Positions 29,581 through 43,210 of a DNA stretch of 64,000 nt are shown in pieces. The translations under genes and the position numbers were made by a program. Under the pieces are notes generated by a model. The model did no database searches. It saw only the letters and a program-made list of their open reading frames with translations, and had not been told where the DNA came from. Each line of letters begins with the position of its first letter. The stretch's first letter is position 1. This DNA is from the human T2T-CHM13v2.0 reference genome, Homo sapiens: the NCBI RefSeq assembly GCF_009914755.1, contig NC_060925.1. One strand, 5' to 3'.

Positions 29581-32500
29581 CACCATCGAATTGAAACGAA
29601 TGGAATTATCATGAAATTGAAATGGATGGACTCATCATCGAATGGATTCGAATGGAATCATCGAATAAAATTGATTGAAATCATCATCGAATGGAATCGA
29701 ATGGTATCATTGAATGGAATCGAATGGAATCATCATCAGATGGAAATGAATGGAATCGTCATAGAATGGAATCGAATGGATTCATTGAATGGAATCAGAT
29801 GGAATCATCGAATGGACTGGAATGGAATCATTGAATGGACTCGAAAGGGATCATGATTGAATGGAATTGAATGGAATCATCGAATGGTCTCGATTGGAAT
29901 CATTATCAAATGGAATCGAATGGAATCACCGAATAGAATCGAATGGAACAATCATCGAATGGACTCAAATGGAATTATCCTCCAATGGAATCGAATGGAA
30001 TTATCGAATGCAATCGAATGGAATTATCGAATGCAATCGAATAGAATCATCGAATGGACTCGAATGGAATCATCGAATGGAATGGAATGGAACAGTCAAT
30101 GAACTCGAATGGAATCATCATTGAATGGAATCGAATGGAATCATCGAGTGGAATCGAATGGAATTATGATCAAATGGAATCGAATGTAATCATCATCAAA
30201 TGGAATCAAAAATAACCATCATCAATTGGTATTGAATGGAATTGTCATCAAATGGAATTCAGAGGAATCATCATCAAATGGAACCGAATGGAATCCTCAT
30301 TGAATGGAAATGAAAGGGGTCATCATCTAATGGAATCGCATGGAATCATCATCAAATGGAATCGAATGGAATCATCATCAAATGGAATCTAATGGAATCA
30401 TTGAACAGAATTGAATGGAATCGTCATCGAATGAATTGAATGCAATCGTCATCGAATGGTCTCGAATGGAATCATCTTCTAATGGAAAGGAATGGAATCA
30501 TCGCATAGAATCGAATGGAATTATCATCGAATGGAATCGAATGGTATCAACACCAAACGGAAAAAAACGGAATTATCGAATGGAATCGAAGAGAATCTTC
30601 GAACGGACCCGAATGGAATCATCTAATGGAATGGAATGGAATAATCCATGGACTCGAATGCAATCATCATCGAATGGAATCGAATGGAATCATCGAATGG
30701 ACTCGAATGGAATAATCATTGAACGGAATCGAATGGAATCATCACCGGATGGAAACGAATGGAATCATCATCGAATGGAAATGAAAGGAGTCATCATCTA
30801 ATGGAATTGCATGGAATCATCATAAAATGGAATCGAATGGAATCAACATCAAATGGAATCAAATGGAATCATTGAACGGAATTGAATGGAATCTTCATCG
30901 AATGAATTGAATGCAATCATCGAATGGTCTCGAATGGAATCATCTTCAAATGGAATGGAATGGAATCATCGCATAGAATCGAATGGAATTATCATCGAAT
31001 GGAATCGAATGGAATCAACATCAAACGGAAAAAAACGGAATTATCGAATGGAATCGAAGAGAATCATCGAATGGACCCGAATGGAATCATGTAATGGAAT
31101 GGAATGGAATAATCCATGGACTCGAATGCAATCATCATCGAATGGAATCGAATGGAATCATCGAATGGACTCGAATGGAATAATCATTGAACGGAATCGA
31201 ATGGAATCATCATCGGATGGAAATGAATGGAATCATCATCGAATGGAATCGAATAGAATTATGGAATGAAATCCAGTGTGATCATCATCGAATGGACCCG
31301 AATGGAATCATCATCCAACGGAAGCTAATGGAATCAACATCGAATGAATCGAATGGAAACACCATCGAATTGAAACGAATGGAATTATCATGAAATTGAA
31401 ATGGATGGACTCATCATCGAATGGATTCGAATGGAATCATCGAATAAAATTGATTGAAATCATCATCCAATGGAATCGAATGGTATCATTGAATGGAATC
31501 GAATGGAATCATCATCAGATGGAAATGAATGGAATCGTCATAGAATGGAATCGAATGGATTCATTGAATGGAATCAGATGGAATCATCGAATGGACTGGA
31601 ATGGAATCATTGAATGGACTCGAAAGGGATCATGATTGAATGGAATTGAATGGAATCATCGAATGGTCTCGATTGGAATCATTATCAAATGGAATCGAAT
31701 GGAATCACCGAATAGAATCGAATGGAACAATCATCGAATGGACTCAAATGGAATTATCCTCAAATGGAATCGAATGGAATTATCGAATGCAATCGAATGG
31801 AATTATCGAATGCAATCGAATAGAATCATCGAATGGACTCGAATGGAATCATCGAATGGAATGGAATGGAACAGTCAATGAACTCGAATGGAATCATCAT
31901 TGAATGGAATCGAATGGAATCATCGAGTGGAATCGAATGGAATTATGATCAAATGGAATCGAATGTAATCATCATCAAATGGAATCAAAAATAACCATCA
32001 TCAATTGGTATTGAATGGAATTGTCATCAAATGGAATTCAAAGGAATCATCATCAAATGGAACCGAATGGAATCCTCATTGAATGGAAATGAAAGGGGTC
32101 ATCATCTAATGGAATCGCATGGAATCATCATCAAATGGAATCGAATGGAATCATCATCAAATGGAATCTAATGGAATCATTGAACAGAATTGAATGGAAT
32201 CGTCATCGAATGAATTGAATGCAATCATCGAATGGTCTCGAATGGAATCATCTTCTAATGGAAAGGAATGGAATCATCGCATAGAATCGAATGGAATTAT
32301 CATCGAATGGAATCGAATGGTATCAACACCAAACGGAAAAAAACGGAATTATCGAATGGAATCGAAGAGAATCTTCGAACGGACCCGAATGGAATCATCT
32401 AATGGAATGGAATGGAATAATCCATGGACTCGAATGCAATCATCATCGAATGGAATCGAATGGAATCATCGAATGGACTCGAATGGAATAATCATTGAAC

Positions 32501-34799
32501 GGAATCGATTGGAATCATCATCGGATGGAAACGAATGGAATCATCATCGAATGGAAATGAAAGGAGTCATCATCTAATGGAATTGCATGGAATCATCATA
32601 AAATGGAATCGAATGGAATCAACATCAAATGGAATCAAATGGAATCATTGAACGGAATTGAATGGAATCGTCATCGAATGAATTGACTGCAATCATCCAA
32701 TGGTCTCGAATGGAATCATCTTCAAATGGAATGGAATGGAATCATCGCATAGAATCGAATGGAATTATCATCGAATGGAATCGAAAGGAATCAACATCCA
32801 ACGGAAAAAAACGGAATTATCGAATGGAATCGAAGAGAATCATCGAATGGACCCGAATGGAATCATCTAATGGAATGGAATGGAATAATCCATGGACTCG
32901 AATGCAATCATCATCGAATGGAATCGAATGGAATCATCGAATGGACTCGAATGGAATAATCATTGAACGGAATCGAATGGAATCATCATCGGATGGAAAT
33001 GAATGGAATCATCATCGAATGGAATCGAATAGAATTATGGAATGAAATCCAGTGTGATCATCATCGAATGGACCCGAATGGAATCATCATCCAACGGAAG
33101 CTAATGGAATCAACATCGAATGAATCAAATGGAAACACCATCGAATTGAAACGAATGGAATTATCATGAAATTGAAATGGATGGACTCATCATCGAATGG
33201 ATTCGAATGGAATCATCGAATAAAATTGATTGAAATCATCATCGAATGGAATCGAATGGTATCATTGAATGGAATCGAATGGAATCATCATCAGATGGAA
33301 ATGAATGGAATCGTCATAGAATGGAATCGAATGGATTCATTGAATGGAATCAGATGGAATCATCGAATGGTCTCGATTGGAATCATTATCAAATGGAATC
33401 GAATGGAATCACCGAATAGAATCGAATGGAACAATCATCGAATGGACTCAAATGGAATTATCCTCAAATGGAATCGAATGGAATTATCAAATGCAATCGA
33501 AAGAATTATCGAATGCAATCGAATAGAATCATCGAATGGACTCGAATGGAATCATCCAATGGAATGGAATGGAACAGTCAATGAACTCGAATGGAATCAT
33601 CATTGAATGGAATCGAATGGAATCATCGAGTGGAATCGAATGGAATTATGATCAAATGGAATCGAATGTTATCATCATCAAATGGAATCAAAAATAACCA
33701 TCATCAATTGGTATTGAATGGAATTGTCATCAAATGGAATTCAAAGGAATCATCATCAAATGGAACCGAATGGAATCCTCATTGAATGGAAATGAAAGGG
33801 GTCATCATCTAATGGAATCGCATGGAATCATCATCAAATGGAATCGAATGGAATCATCATCAAATGGAATATAATGGAATCATTGAACAGAATTGAATGG
33901 AATCGTCATCGAATGAATTGAATGCAATCATCGAATGGTCTCGAATGGAATCATCATCTAATGGAAAGGAATGGAATCATCGCATAGAATCGAATGGAAT
34001 TATCATCGAATGGAATCGAATGGTATCAACACCAAACGGAAAAAAACGGAATTATCGAATGGAATCGAAGAGAATCTTCGAACGGACCCGAATGGAATCA
34101 TCTAATGGAATGGAATGGAATAATCCATGGACTCGAATGCAATCGTCATCGAATGGAATCGAATGGAATCATCGAATGGACTCGAATGGAATAATCATTG
34201 AACGGAATCGATTGGAATCATCATCGGATGGAAACGAATGGAATCATCATCGAATGGCAATGAAAGGAGTCATCATCTAATGGAATTGCATGGAATCATC
34301 ATAAAATGGAATCGAATGGAATCAACATCAAATGGAATCAAATGGAATCATTGAACGGAATTGAATGGAATCGTCATCGAATGAATTGACTGCAATCATC
34401 CAATGATCTCGAATGGAATCATCTTCAAATGGAATGGAATGGAATCATCGCATAGAATCGAATGGAATTATCATCGAATGGAATCGAATGGAATCAACAT
34501 CAAACGGAAAAAAACGGAATTATCGAATGGAATCGAAGAGAATCATCGAATGGACCCGAATGGAATCATCTAATGGAATGGAATGGAATAATCCATGGAC
34601 TCGAATGCAATCATCATCGAATGGAATCGAATGGAATCATCGAATGGACTCGAATGGAATAATCATTGAACGGAATAGAATGGAATCATCATCGGATGGA
34701 AATGAATGGAATCATCATCGAATGGAATCGAATAGAATTATGGAATGAAATCCAGTGTGATCATCATCGAATGGACCCGAATGGAATCATCATCCAACG

Positions 34800-37700
34800 G
34801 AAGCTAATGGAATCAACATCGAATGAATCAAATGGAAACACCATCGAATTGAAACGAATGGAATTATCATGAAATTGAAATGGATGGACTCATCATCGAA
34901 TGGATTCGAATGGAATCATCGAATAAAATTGATTGAAATCATCATCGAATGGAATCGAATGGTATCATTGAATGGAATCGAATGGAATCATCATCAGATG
35001 GAAATGAATGGAATCGTCATAGAATGGAATCGAATGGATTCATTGAATGGAATCAGATGGAATCATCGAATGGACTGGAATGGAATCATTGAATGGACTC
35101 GAAAGGGATCATGATTGAATGGAATTGAATGGAATCATCGAATGGTCTCTATTGGAATCATTATCAAATGGAATCGAATGGAATCACCGAATAGAATCGA
35201 ATGGAACAATCATCGAATGGACTCAAATGGAATTATCCTCAAATGGAATCGAATGGAATTATCAAATGCAATCGAATGGAATTGTCGAATGCAATCGAAT
35301 AGAATCATCGAATGGACTCGAATGGAATCATCGAATGGAATGGAATGGAACAGTCAATGAACTCGAATGGAATCATCATTGAATGGAATCGAATGGAATC
35401 ATCGAGTGGAATCGAATGGAATTATGATCAAATGGAATCGAATGTAATCATCATCAAATGGAATCAAAAATAACCATCATCAATTGGTATTGAATGGAAT
35501 TGTCATCAAATGGAATTCAGAGGAATCATCATCAAATGGAACCGAATGGAATCCTCATTGAATGGAAATGAAAGGGGTCATCATCTAATGGAATCGCATG
35601 GAATCATCATCAAATGGAATCGAATGGAATCATCATCAAATGGAATCTAATGGAATCATTGAACAGAATTGAATGGAATCGTCATCGAATGAATTGAATG
35701 CAATCATCGAATGGTCTCGAATGGAATCATCTTCTAATGGAAAGGAATGGAATCATCGCATAGAATCGAATGGAATTATCATCGAATGGAATCGAATGGT
35801 ATCAACACCAAACGGAAAAAAACGGAATTATCGAATGGAATCGAAGAGAATCTTCGAACGGACCCGAATGGAATCATCTAATGGAATGGAATGGAATAAT
35901 CCATGGACTCGAATGCAATCATCATCGAATGGAATGGAATGGAATCATCGAATGGACTCGAATGGAATAATCATTGAACGGAATCGAATGGAATCATCAT
36001 CGGATGGAAACGAATGGAATCATCATCGAATGGAAATGAAAGGAGTCATCATCTAATGGAATTGCATGGAATCATCATAAAATGGAATCGAATGGAATCA
36101 ACATCAAATGGAATCAAATGGAATCATTGAACGGAATTGAATGGAATCGTCATCGAATGAATTGAATGCAATCATCGAATGGTCTAGAATGGAATCATCT
36201 TCAAATGGAATGGAATGGAATCATCGCATAGAATCGAATGGAATTATCATCGAATGGAATCGAATGGAATCAACATCAAACGGAAAAAAACGGAATTTTC
36301 AAATGGAATCGAAGAGAATCATCGAATGGACCCGAATGGAATCATCTAATGGAATGGAATGGAATAATCCATGGACTCGAATGCAATCATCATCGAATGG
36401 AATCGAATGGAATCATCGAATGGACTTGAATGGAATAATCATTGAACGGAATCGAATGGAATCATCATCGGATGGAAATGAATGGAATCATGATCGAATG
36501 GAATCGAATAGAATTATGGAATGAAATCCAGTGTGATCATCATCGAATGAACCCGAATGGAATCATCATCCAACGGAAGCTAATGGAATCAACATCGAAT
36601 GAATCGAATGGAAACACCATCGAATTGAAACGAATGGAATTATCTTGAAATTGTAATGGATGGACTCATCATCGAATGGATTCGAATGGAATCATCGAAT
36701 AAAATTGATTGAAATCATCATCCAATGGAATCGAATGGTATCATTGAATGGAATCGAATGGAATCATCATCAGATGGAAATGAATGGAATCGTCATAGAA
36801 TGGAATCGAATGGATTCATTGAATGGAATCAGATGGAATCATCGAATGGACTGGAATGGAATCATTGAATGGACTCAAAAGGGATCATGATTGAATGGAA
36901 TTGAATGGAATCATCGAATGGTCTCGATTGGAATCATTATCAAATGGAATCGAATGGAATCACTGAATAGAATCGAATGGAACAATCATCGAATGGACTC
37001 AAATGGAATTATCCTCCAATGGAATCGAATGGAATTATCGAATGCAATCGAATGGAATTATCGAATGCAATCGAATAGAATCATCGAATGGACTCGAATG
37101 GAATCATCGAATGGAATGGAATGGAACAGTCAATGAACTCGAATGGAATCATCATTGAATGGAATCGAATGGAATCATCGAGTGGAATCGAATGGAATTA
37201 TGATCAAATGGAATCGAATATAATCATCATCAAATGGAATCAGAAATAACCATCATCAATTGGTATTGAATGGAATTCTCATCAAATGGAATTCAAAGGA
37301 ATCATCATCAAATGGAACTGAATGGAATCCTCATTGAATGGAAATGAAAGGGGTCATCATCTAATGGAATCGCATGGAATCATCATCAAATGGAATCGAA
37401 TGGAATCATCATCAAATGGAATCTGATGGAATCATTGAACAGAATTGAATGGAATCGTCATCGAATGAATTGAATGTAATCATCGAATGGTCTCGAATGT
37501 AATCACATTCTAATGGAAAGGAATGGAATCATCGCATAGAATCGAATGGAATTAACATTGAATGGACTCGAATGGAATCAACATCAAACGGAATCAAGCG
37601 GAATTATCGAATGGAATCGAAGAGAATCATCGAATGGTCTCGAATGGAATCATCTTCTAATGGAAAGGAATGGAATCATCGCATAGAATCGAATAGAATT

Positions 37701-38490
37701 AACATTGAATGGACTCGAATGGAATCAACATCAAATGGAATCAAGCGGAATTATCGAATGAAATCGAAGAGAATCATCGAATGGACTCGAATGGAATCAT
37801 CTAATGGAATGGAATGGAATAATCCACGGACTCGAATGCAATCATCATCGTATAGAATCGAATGGAATCATCGAATGGACTCGAATGGAATAACCATTGA
37901 ACGGAATCGAATGGAATCATCATCGGATGGAAACGAATGGAATCATCATCGAATGGAAATGTAAGGAGTCATCATCTAATGGAATTGCATGGAATCATCA
38001 TAAAATGGAATCGAATGGAATCATCATCAAATGGAATCTAATGGAATCATTGAACAGAATTGAATGGAATCGTCATCGAATGAATTGAATGCAATCATCG
38101 AATGGTCTCGAATGGAATCATCTTCTAATGGAAAGGAATGGAATCATCGCATAGAATCGAATGGAATTATCATCGAATGGAATCGAATGGTATCAACACC
38201 AAACGGAAAAAAACGGAATTATCGAATGGAATCGAAGAGAATCTTCGAACGGACCCGAATGGAATCATCTAATGGAATGGAATGGAATAATCCATGGACT
38301 CGAATGCAATCATCATCGAATGGAATCGAATGGAATCATCGAATGGACTCGAATGGAATAATCATTGAACGGAATCGAATGGAATCATCATCGGATGGAA
38401 ACGAATGGAATCATCATCGAATGGAAATGAAAGGAGTCATCATCTAATGGAATTGCATGGAATCATCATAAAATGGAATCGAATGGAATC
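34800..38490 (+). repeat. ~3.7-kb duplicated block, copy of ~6770-10460 (offset 28,034)
   Basis: ORF pairs 7081/35115, 7639/35673, 8626/36660, 9538/37572 and 10030/38064. Shared AATTGTCGAATGC, GGTCTAGAA, AAATTGTAATGG and AAATGTAAGG. Confidence 0.88.
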
Positions 38491-38999
38491 AACATCAAAT
38501 GGAATCAAATGGAATCATTGAACGGAATTGAATGGAATCGTCATCGAATGAATTGAGTGCAATCATCGAATGGTCTCGAATGGAATCATCTTCTAATGGA
38601 AAGGAATGGAATCATCGCATAGAATCGAATGGAATTATCATCGAATGGAATCGAATGGTATCAACACCAAACGGAAAAAAACGGAATTATCGAATGGAAT
38701 CGAAGAGAATCTTCGAACGGACCCGAATGGAATCATCTAATGGAATGGAATGGAATAATCCATGGACTCGAATGCAATCATCATCGAATGGAAACGAATG
38801 GAATCATCGAATGGACCCGAATGGAATAATCATTGAACGGAATCGATTGGAATCATCATCGGATGGAAACGAATGGAATCATCATCGAATGGAAATGAAA
38901 GGAGTCATCATCTAATGGAATTGCATGGAATCATCATAAAATGGAATCGAATGGAATCAACATCAAATGGAATCAAATGGAATCATTGAACGGAATTGA

Positions 39000-41900
39000 A
39001 TGGAATCTTCATCGAATGAATTGAATGCAATCATCGAATGGTCTCGAATGGAATCATCTTCAAATGGAATGGAATGGAATCATCGCATAGAATCGAATGG
39101 AATTATCATCGAATGGAATCGAATGGAATCAACATCAAACGGAAAAAAACGGAATTATCGAATGGAATCGAAGAGAATCATCGAATGGACCCGAATGGAA
39201 TCATCTAATGGAATGGAATGGAATAATCCATGGACTCGAATGCAATCATCATCGAATGGAATCGAATGGAATCATCGAATGGACTCGAATGGAATAATCA
39301 TTGAACGGAATCGAATGGAATCATCATCGGATGGAAATGAATGGAATCATCATCGAATGGAATCGAATATAATTATGGAATGAAATCCAGTGTGATCATC
39401 ATCGAATGGACCCGAATGGAATCATCATCCAACGGAAGCTAATGGAATCAACATCGAATGAATCGAATGGAAACACCATCGAATTGAAACGAATGGAATT
39501 ATCATGAAATTGAAATGGATGGACTCATCATCGAATGGATTCGAATGGAATCATCGAATAAAATTGATTGAAATCATCATCCAATGGAATCGAATGGTAT
39601 CATTGAATGGAATCGAATGGAATCATCATCAGATGGAAATGAATGGAATCGTCATAGAATGGAATCGAATGGATTCATTGAATGGAATCAGATGGAATCA
39701 TCGAATGGACTGGAATGGAATCATTGAATGGACTCGAAAGGGATCATGATTGAATGGAATTGAATGGAATCATCGAATGGTCTCGATTGGAATCATTATC
39801 AAATGGAATCGAATGGAATCACCGAATAGAATCGAATGGAACAATCATCGAATGGACTCAAATGGAATTATCCTCCAATGGAATCGAATGGAATTATCGA
39901 ATGCAATCGAATGGAATTATCGAATGCAATCGAATAGAATCATCGAATGGACTCGAATGGAATCATCGAATGGAATGGAATGGAACAGTCAATGAACTCG
40001 AATGGAATCATCATTGAATGGAATCGAATGGAATCATCGAGTGGAATCGAATGGAATTATGATCAAATGGAATCGAATGTAATCATCATCAAATGGAATC
40101 AAAAATAACCATCATCAATTGGTATTGAATGGAATTGTCATCAAATGGAATTCAAAGGAATCATCATCAAATGGAACCGAATGGAATCCTCATTGAATGG
40201 AAATGAAAGGGGTCATCATCTAATGGAATCGCATGGAATCATCATCAAATGGAATCGAATGGAATCATCATCAAATGGAATCTAATGGAATCATTGAACA
40301 GAATTGAATGGAATCGTCATCGAATGAATTGAATGCAATCATCGAATGGTCTCGAATGGAATCATCTTCTAATGGAAAGGAATGGAATCATCGCATAGAA
40401 TCGAATGGAATTATCATCGAATGGAATCGAATGGTATCAACACCAAACGGAAAAAAACGGAATTATCGAATGGAATCGAAGAGAATCTTCGAACGGACCC
40501 GAATGGAATCATCTAATGGAATGGAATGGAATAATCCATGGACTCGAATGCAATCATCATCGAATGGAATCGAATGGAATCATCGAATGGACTCGAATGG
40601 AATAATCATTGAACGGAATCGATTGGAATCATCATCGGATGGAAACGAATGGAATCATCATCGAATGGAAATGAAAGGAGTCATCATCTAATGGAATTGC
40701 ATGGAATCATCATAAAATGGAATCGAATGGAATCAACATCAAATGGAATCAAATGGAATCATTGAACGGAATTGAATGGAATCGTCATCGAATGAATTGA
40801 CTGCAATCATCCAATGGTCTCGAATGGAATCATCTTCAAATGGAATGGAATGGAATCATCGCATAGAATCGAATGGAATTATCATCGAATGGAATCGAAA
40901 GGAATCAACATCCAACGGAAAAAAACGGAATTATCGAATGGAATCGAAGAGAATCATCGAATGGACCCGAATGGAATCATCTAATGGAATGGAATGGAAT
41001 AATCCATGGACTCGAATGCAATCATCATCGAATGGAATCGAATGGAATCATCGAATGGACTCGAATGGAATAATCATTGAACGGAATCGAATGGAATCAT
41101 CATCGGATGGAAATGAATGGAATCATCATCGAATGGAATCGAATAGAATTATGGAATGAAATCCAGTGTGTTCATCATCGAATGGACCCGAATGGAATCA
41201 TCATCCAACGGAAGCTAATGGAATCAACATCGAATGAATCAAATGGAAACACCATCGAATTGAAACGAATGGAATTATCATGAAATTGAAATGGATGGAC
41301 TCATCATCGAATGGATTCGAATGGAATCATCGAATAAAATTGATTGAAATCATCATCGAATGGAATCGAATGGTATCATTGAATGGAATCGAATGGAATC
41401 ATCATCAGATGGAAATGAATGGAATCGTCATAGAATGGAATCGAATGGATTCATTGAATGGAATCAGATGGAATCATCGAATGGTCTCGATTGGAATCAT
41501 TATCAAATGGAATCGAATGGAATCACCGAATAGAATCGAATGGAACAATCATCGAATGGACTCAAATGGAATTATCCTCAAATGGAATCGAATGGAATTA
41601 TCAAATGCAATCGAAAGAATTATCGAATGCAATCGAATAGAATCATCGAATGGACTCTAATGGAATCATCGAATGGAATGGAATGGAACAGTCAATGAAC
41701 TCGAATGGAATCATCATTGAATGGAATCGAATGGAATCATCGAGTGGAATCGAATGGAATTATGATCAAATGGAATCGAATGTTATCATCATCAAATGGA
41801 ATCAAAAATAACCATCATCAATTGGTATTGAATGGAATTGTCATCAAATGGAATTCAAAGGAATCATCATCAAATGGAACCGAATGGAATCCTCATTGAA

Positions 41901-43210
41901 TGGAAATGAAAGGGGTCATCATCTAATGGAATCGCATGGAATCATCATCAAATGGAATCGAATGGAATCATCATCAAATGGAATCTAATGGAATCATTGA
42001 ACAGAATTGAATGGAATCGTCATCGAATGAATTGAATGCAATCATCGAATGGTCTCAAATGGAATCATCATCTAATGGAAAGGAATGGAATCATCGCATA
42101 GAATCGAATGGAATTATCATCGAATGGAATCGAATGGTATCAACACCAAACGGAAAAAAACGGAATTATCGAATGGAATCGAAGAGAATCTTCGAACGGA
42201 CCCGAATGGAATCATCTAATGGAATGGAATGGAATAATCCATGGACTCGAATGCAATCGTCATCGAATGGAATCGAATGGAATCATCGAACGGACTCGAA
42301 TGGAATAATCATTGAACGGAATCGATTGGAATCATCATCGGATGGAAACGAATGGAATCATCATCGAATGGCAATGAAAGGAGTCATCATCTAATGGAAT
42401 TGCATGGAATCATCATAAAATGGAATCGAATGGAATCAACATCAAATGGAATCAAATGGAATCATTGAACGGAATTGAATGGAATCGTCATCGAATGAAT
42501 TGACTGCAATCATCCAATGGTCTCGAATGGAATCATCTTCAAATGGAATGGAATGGAATCATCGCATAGAATCGAATGGAATTATCATCGAATGGAATCG
42601 AATGGAATCAACATCAAACGGAAAAAAACGGAATTATCGAATGGAATCGAAGAGAATCATCGAATGGACCCGAATGGAATCATCTAATGGAATGGAATGG
42701 AATAATCCATGGACTCGAATGCAATCATCATCGAATGGAATCGAATGGAATCATCGAATGGACTCGAATGGAATAATCATTGAACGGAATAGAATGGAAT
42801 CATCATCGGATGGAAATGAATGGAATCATCATCGAATGGAATCGAATAGAATTATGGAATGAAATCCAGTGTGATCATCATCGAATGGACCCGAATGGAA
42901 TCATCATCCAACGGAAGCTAATGGAATCAACATCGAATGAATCAAATGGAAACACCATCGAATTGAAACGAATGGAATTATCATGAAATTGAAATGGATG
43001 GACTCATCATCGAATGGATTCGAATGGAATCATCGAATAAAATTGATTGAAATCATCATCGAATGGAATCGAATGGTATCATTGAATGGAATCGAATGGA
43101 ATCATCATCAGATGGAAATGAATGGAATCGTCATAGAATGGAATCGAATGGATTCATTGAATGGAATCAGATGGAATCATCGAATGGACTGGAATGGAAT
43201 CATTGAATGG
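39000..43210 (+). repeat. ~4.2-kb duplicated block, copy of ~30886-35100 (offset 8,114)
   Basis: ORF pairs 30886/39000, 32662/40776, 33166/41280, 33591/41705 and 33897/42011. Shared 72-bp deletion, CGAAAGGAATCAACATCC, CGAAAGAATT and GGCAATG. Confidence 0.9.
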
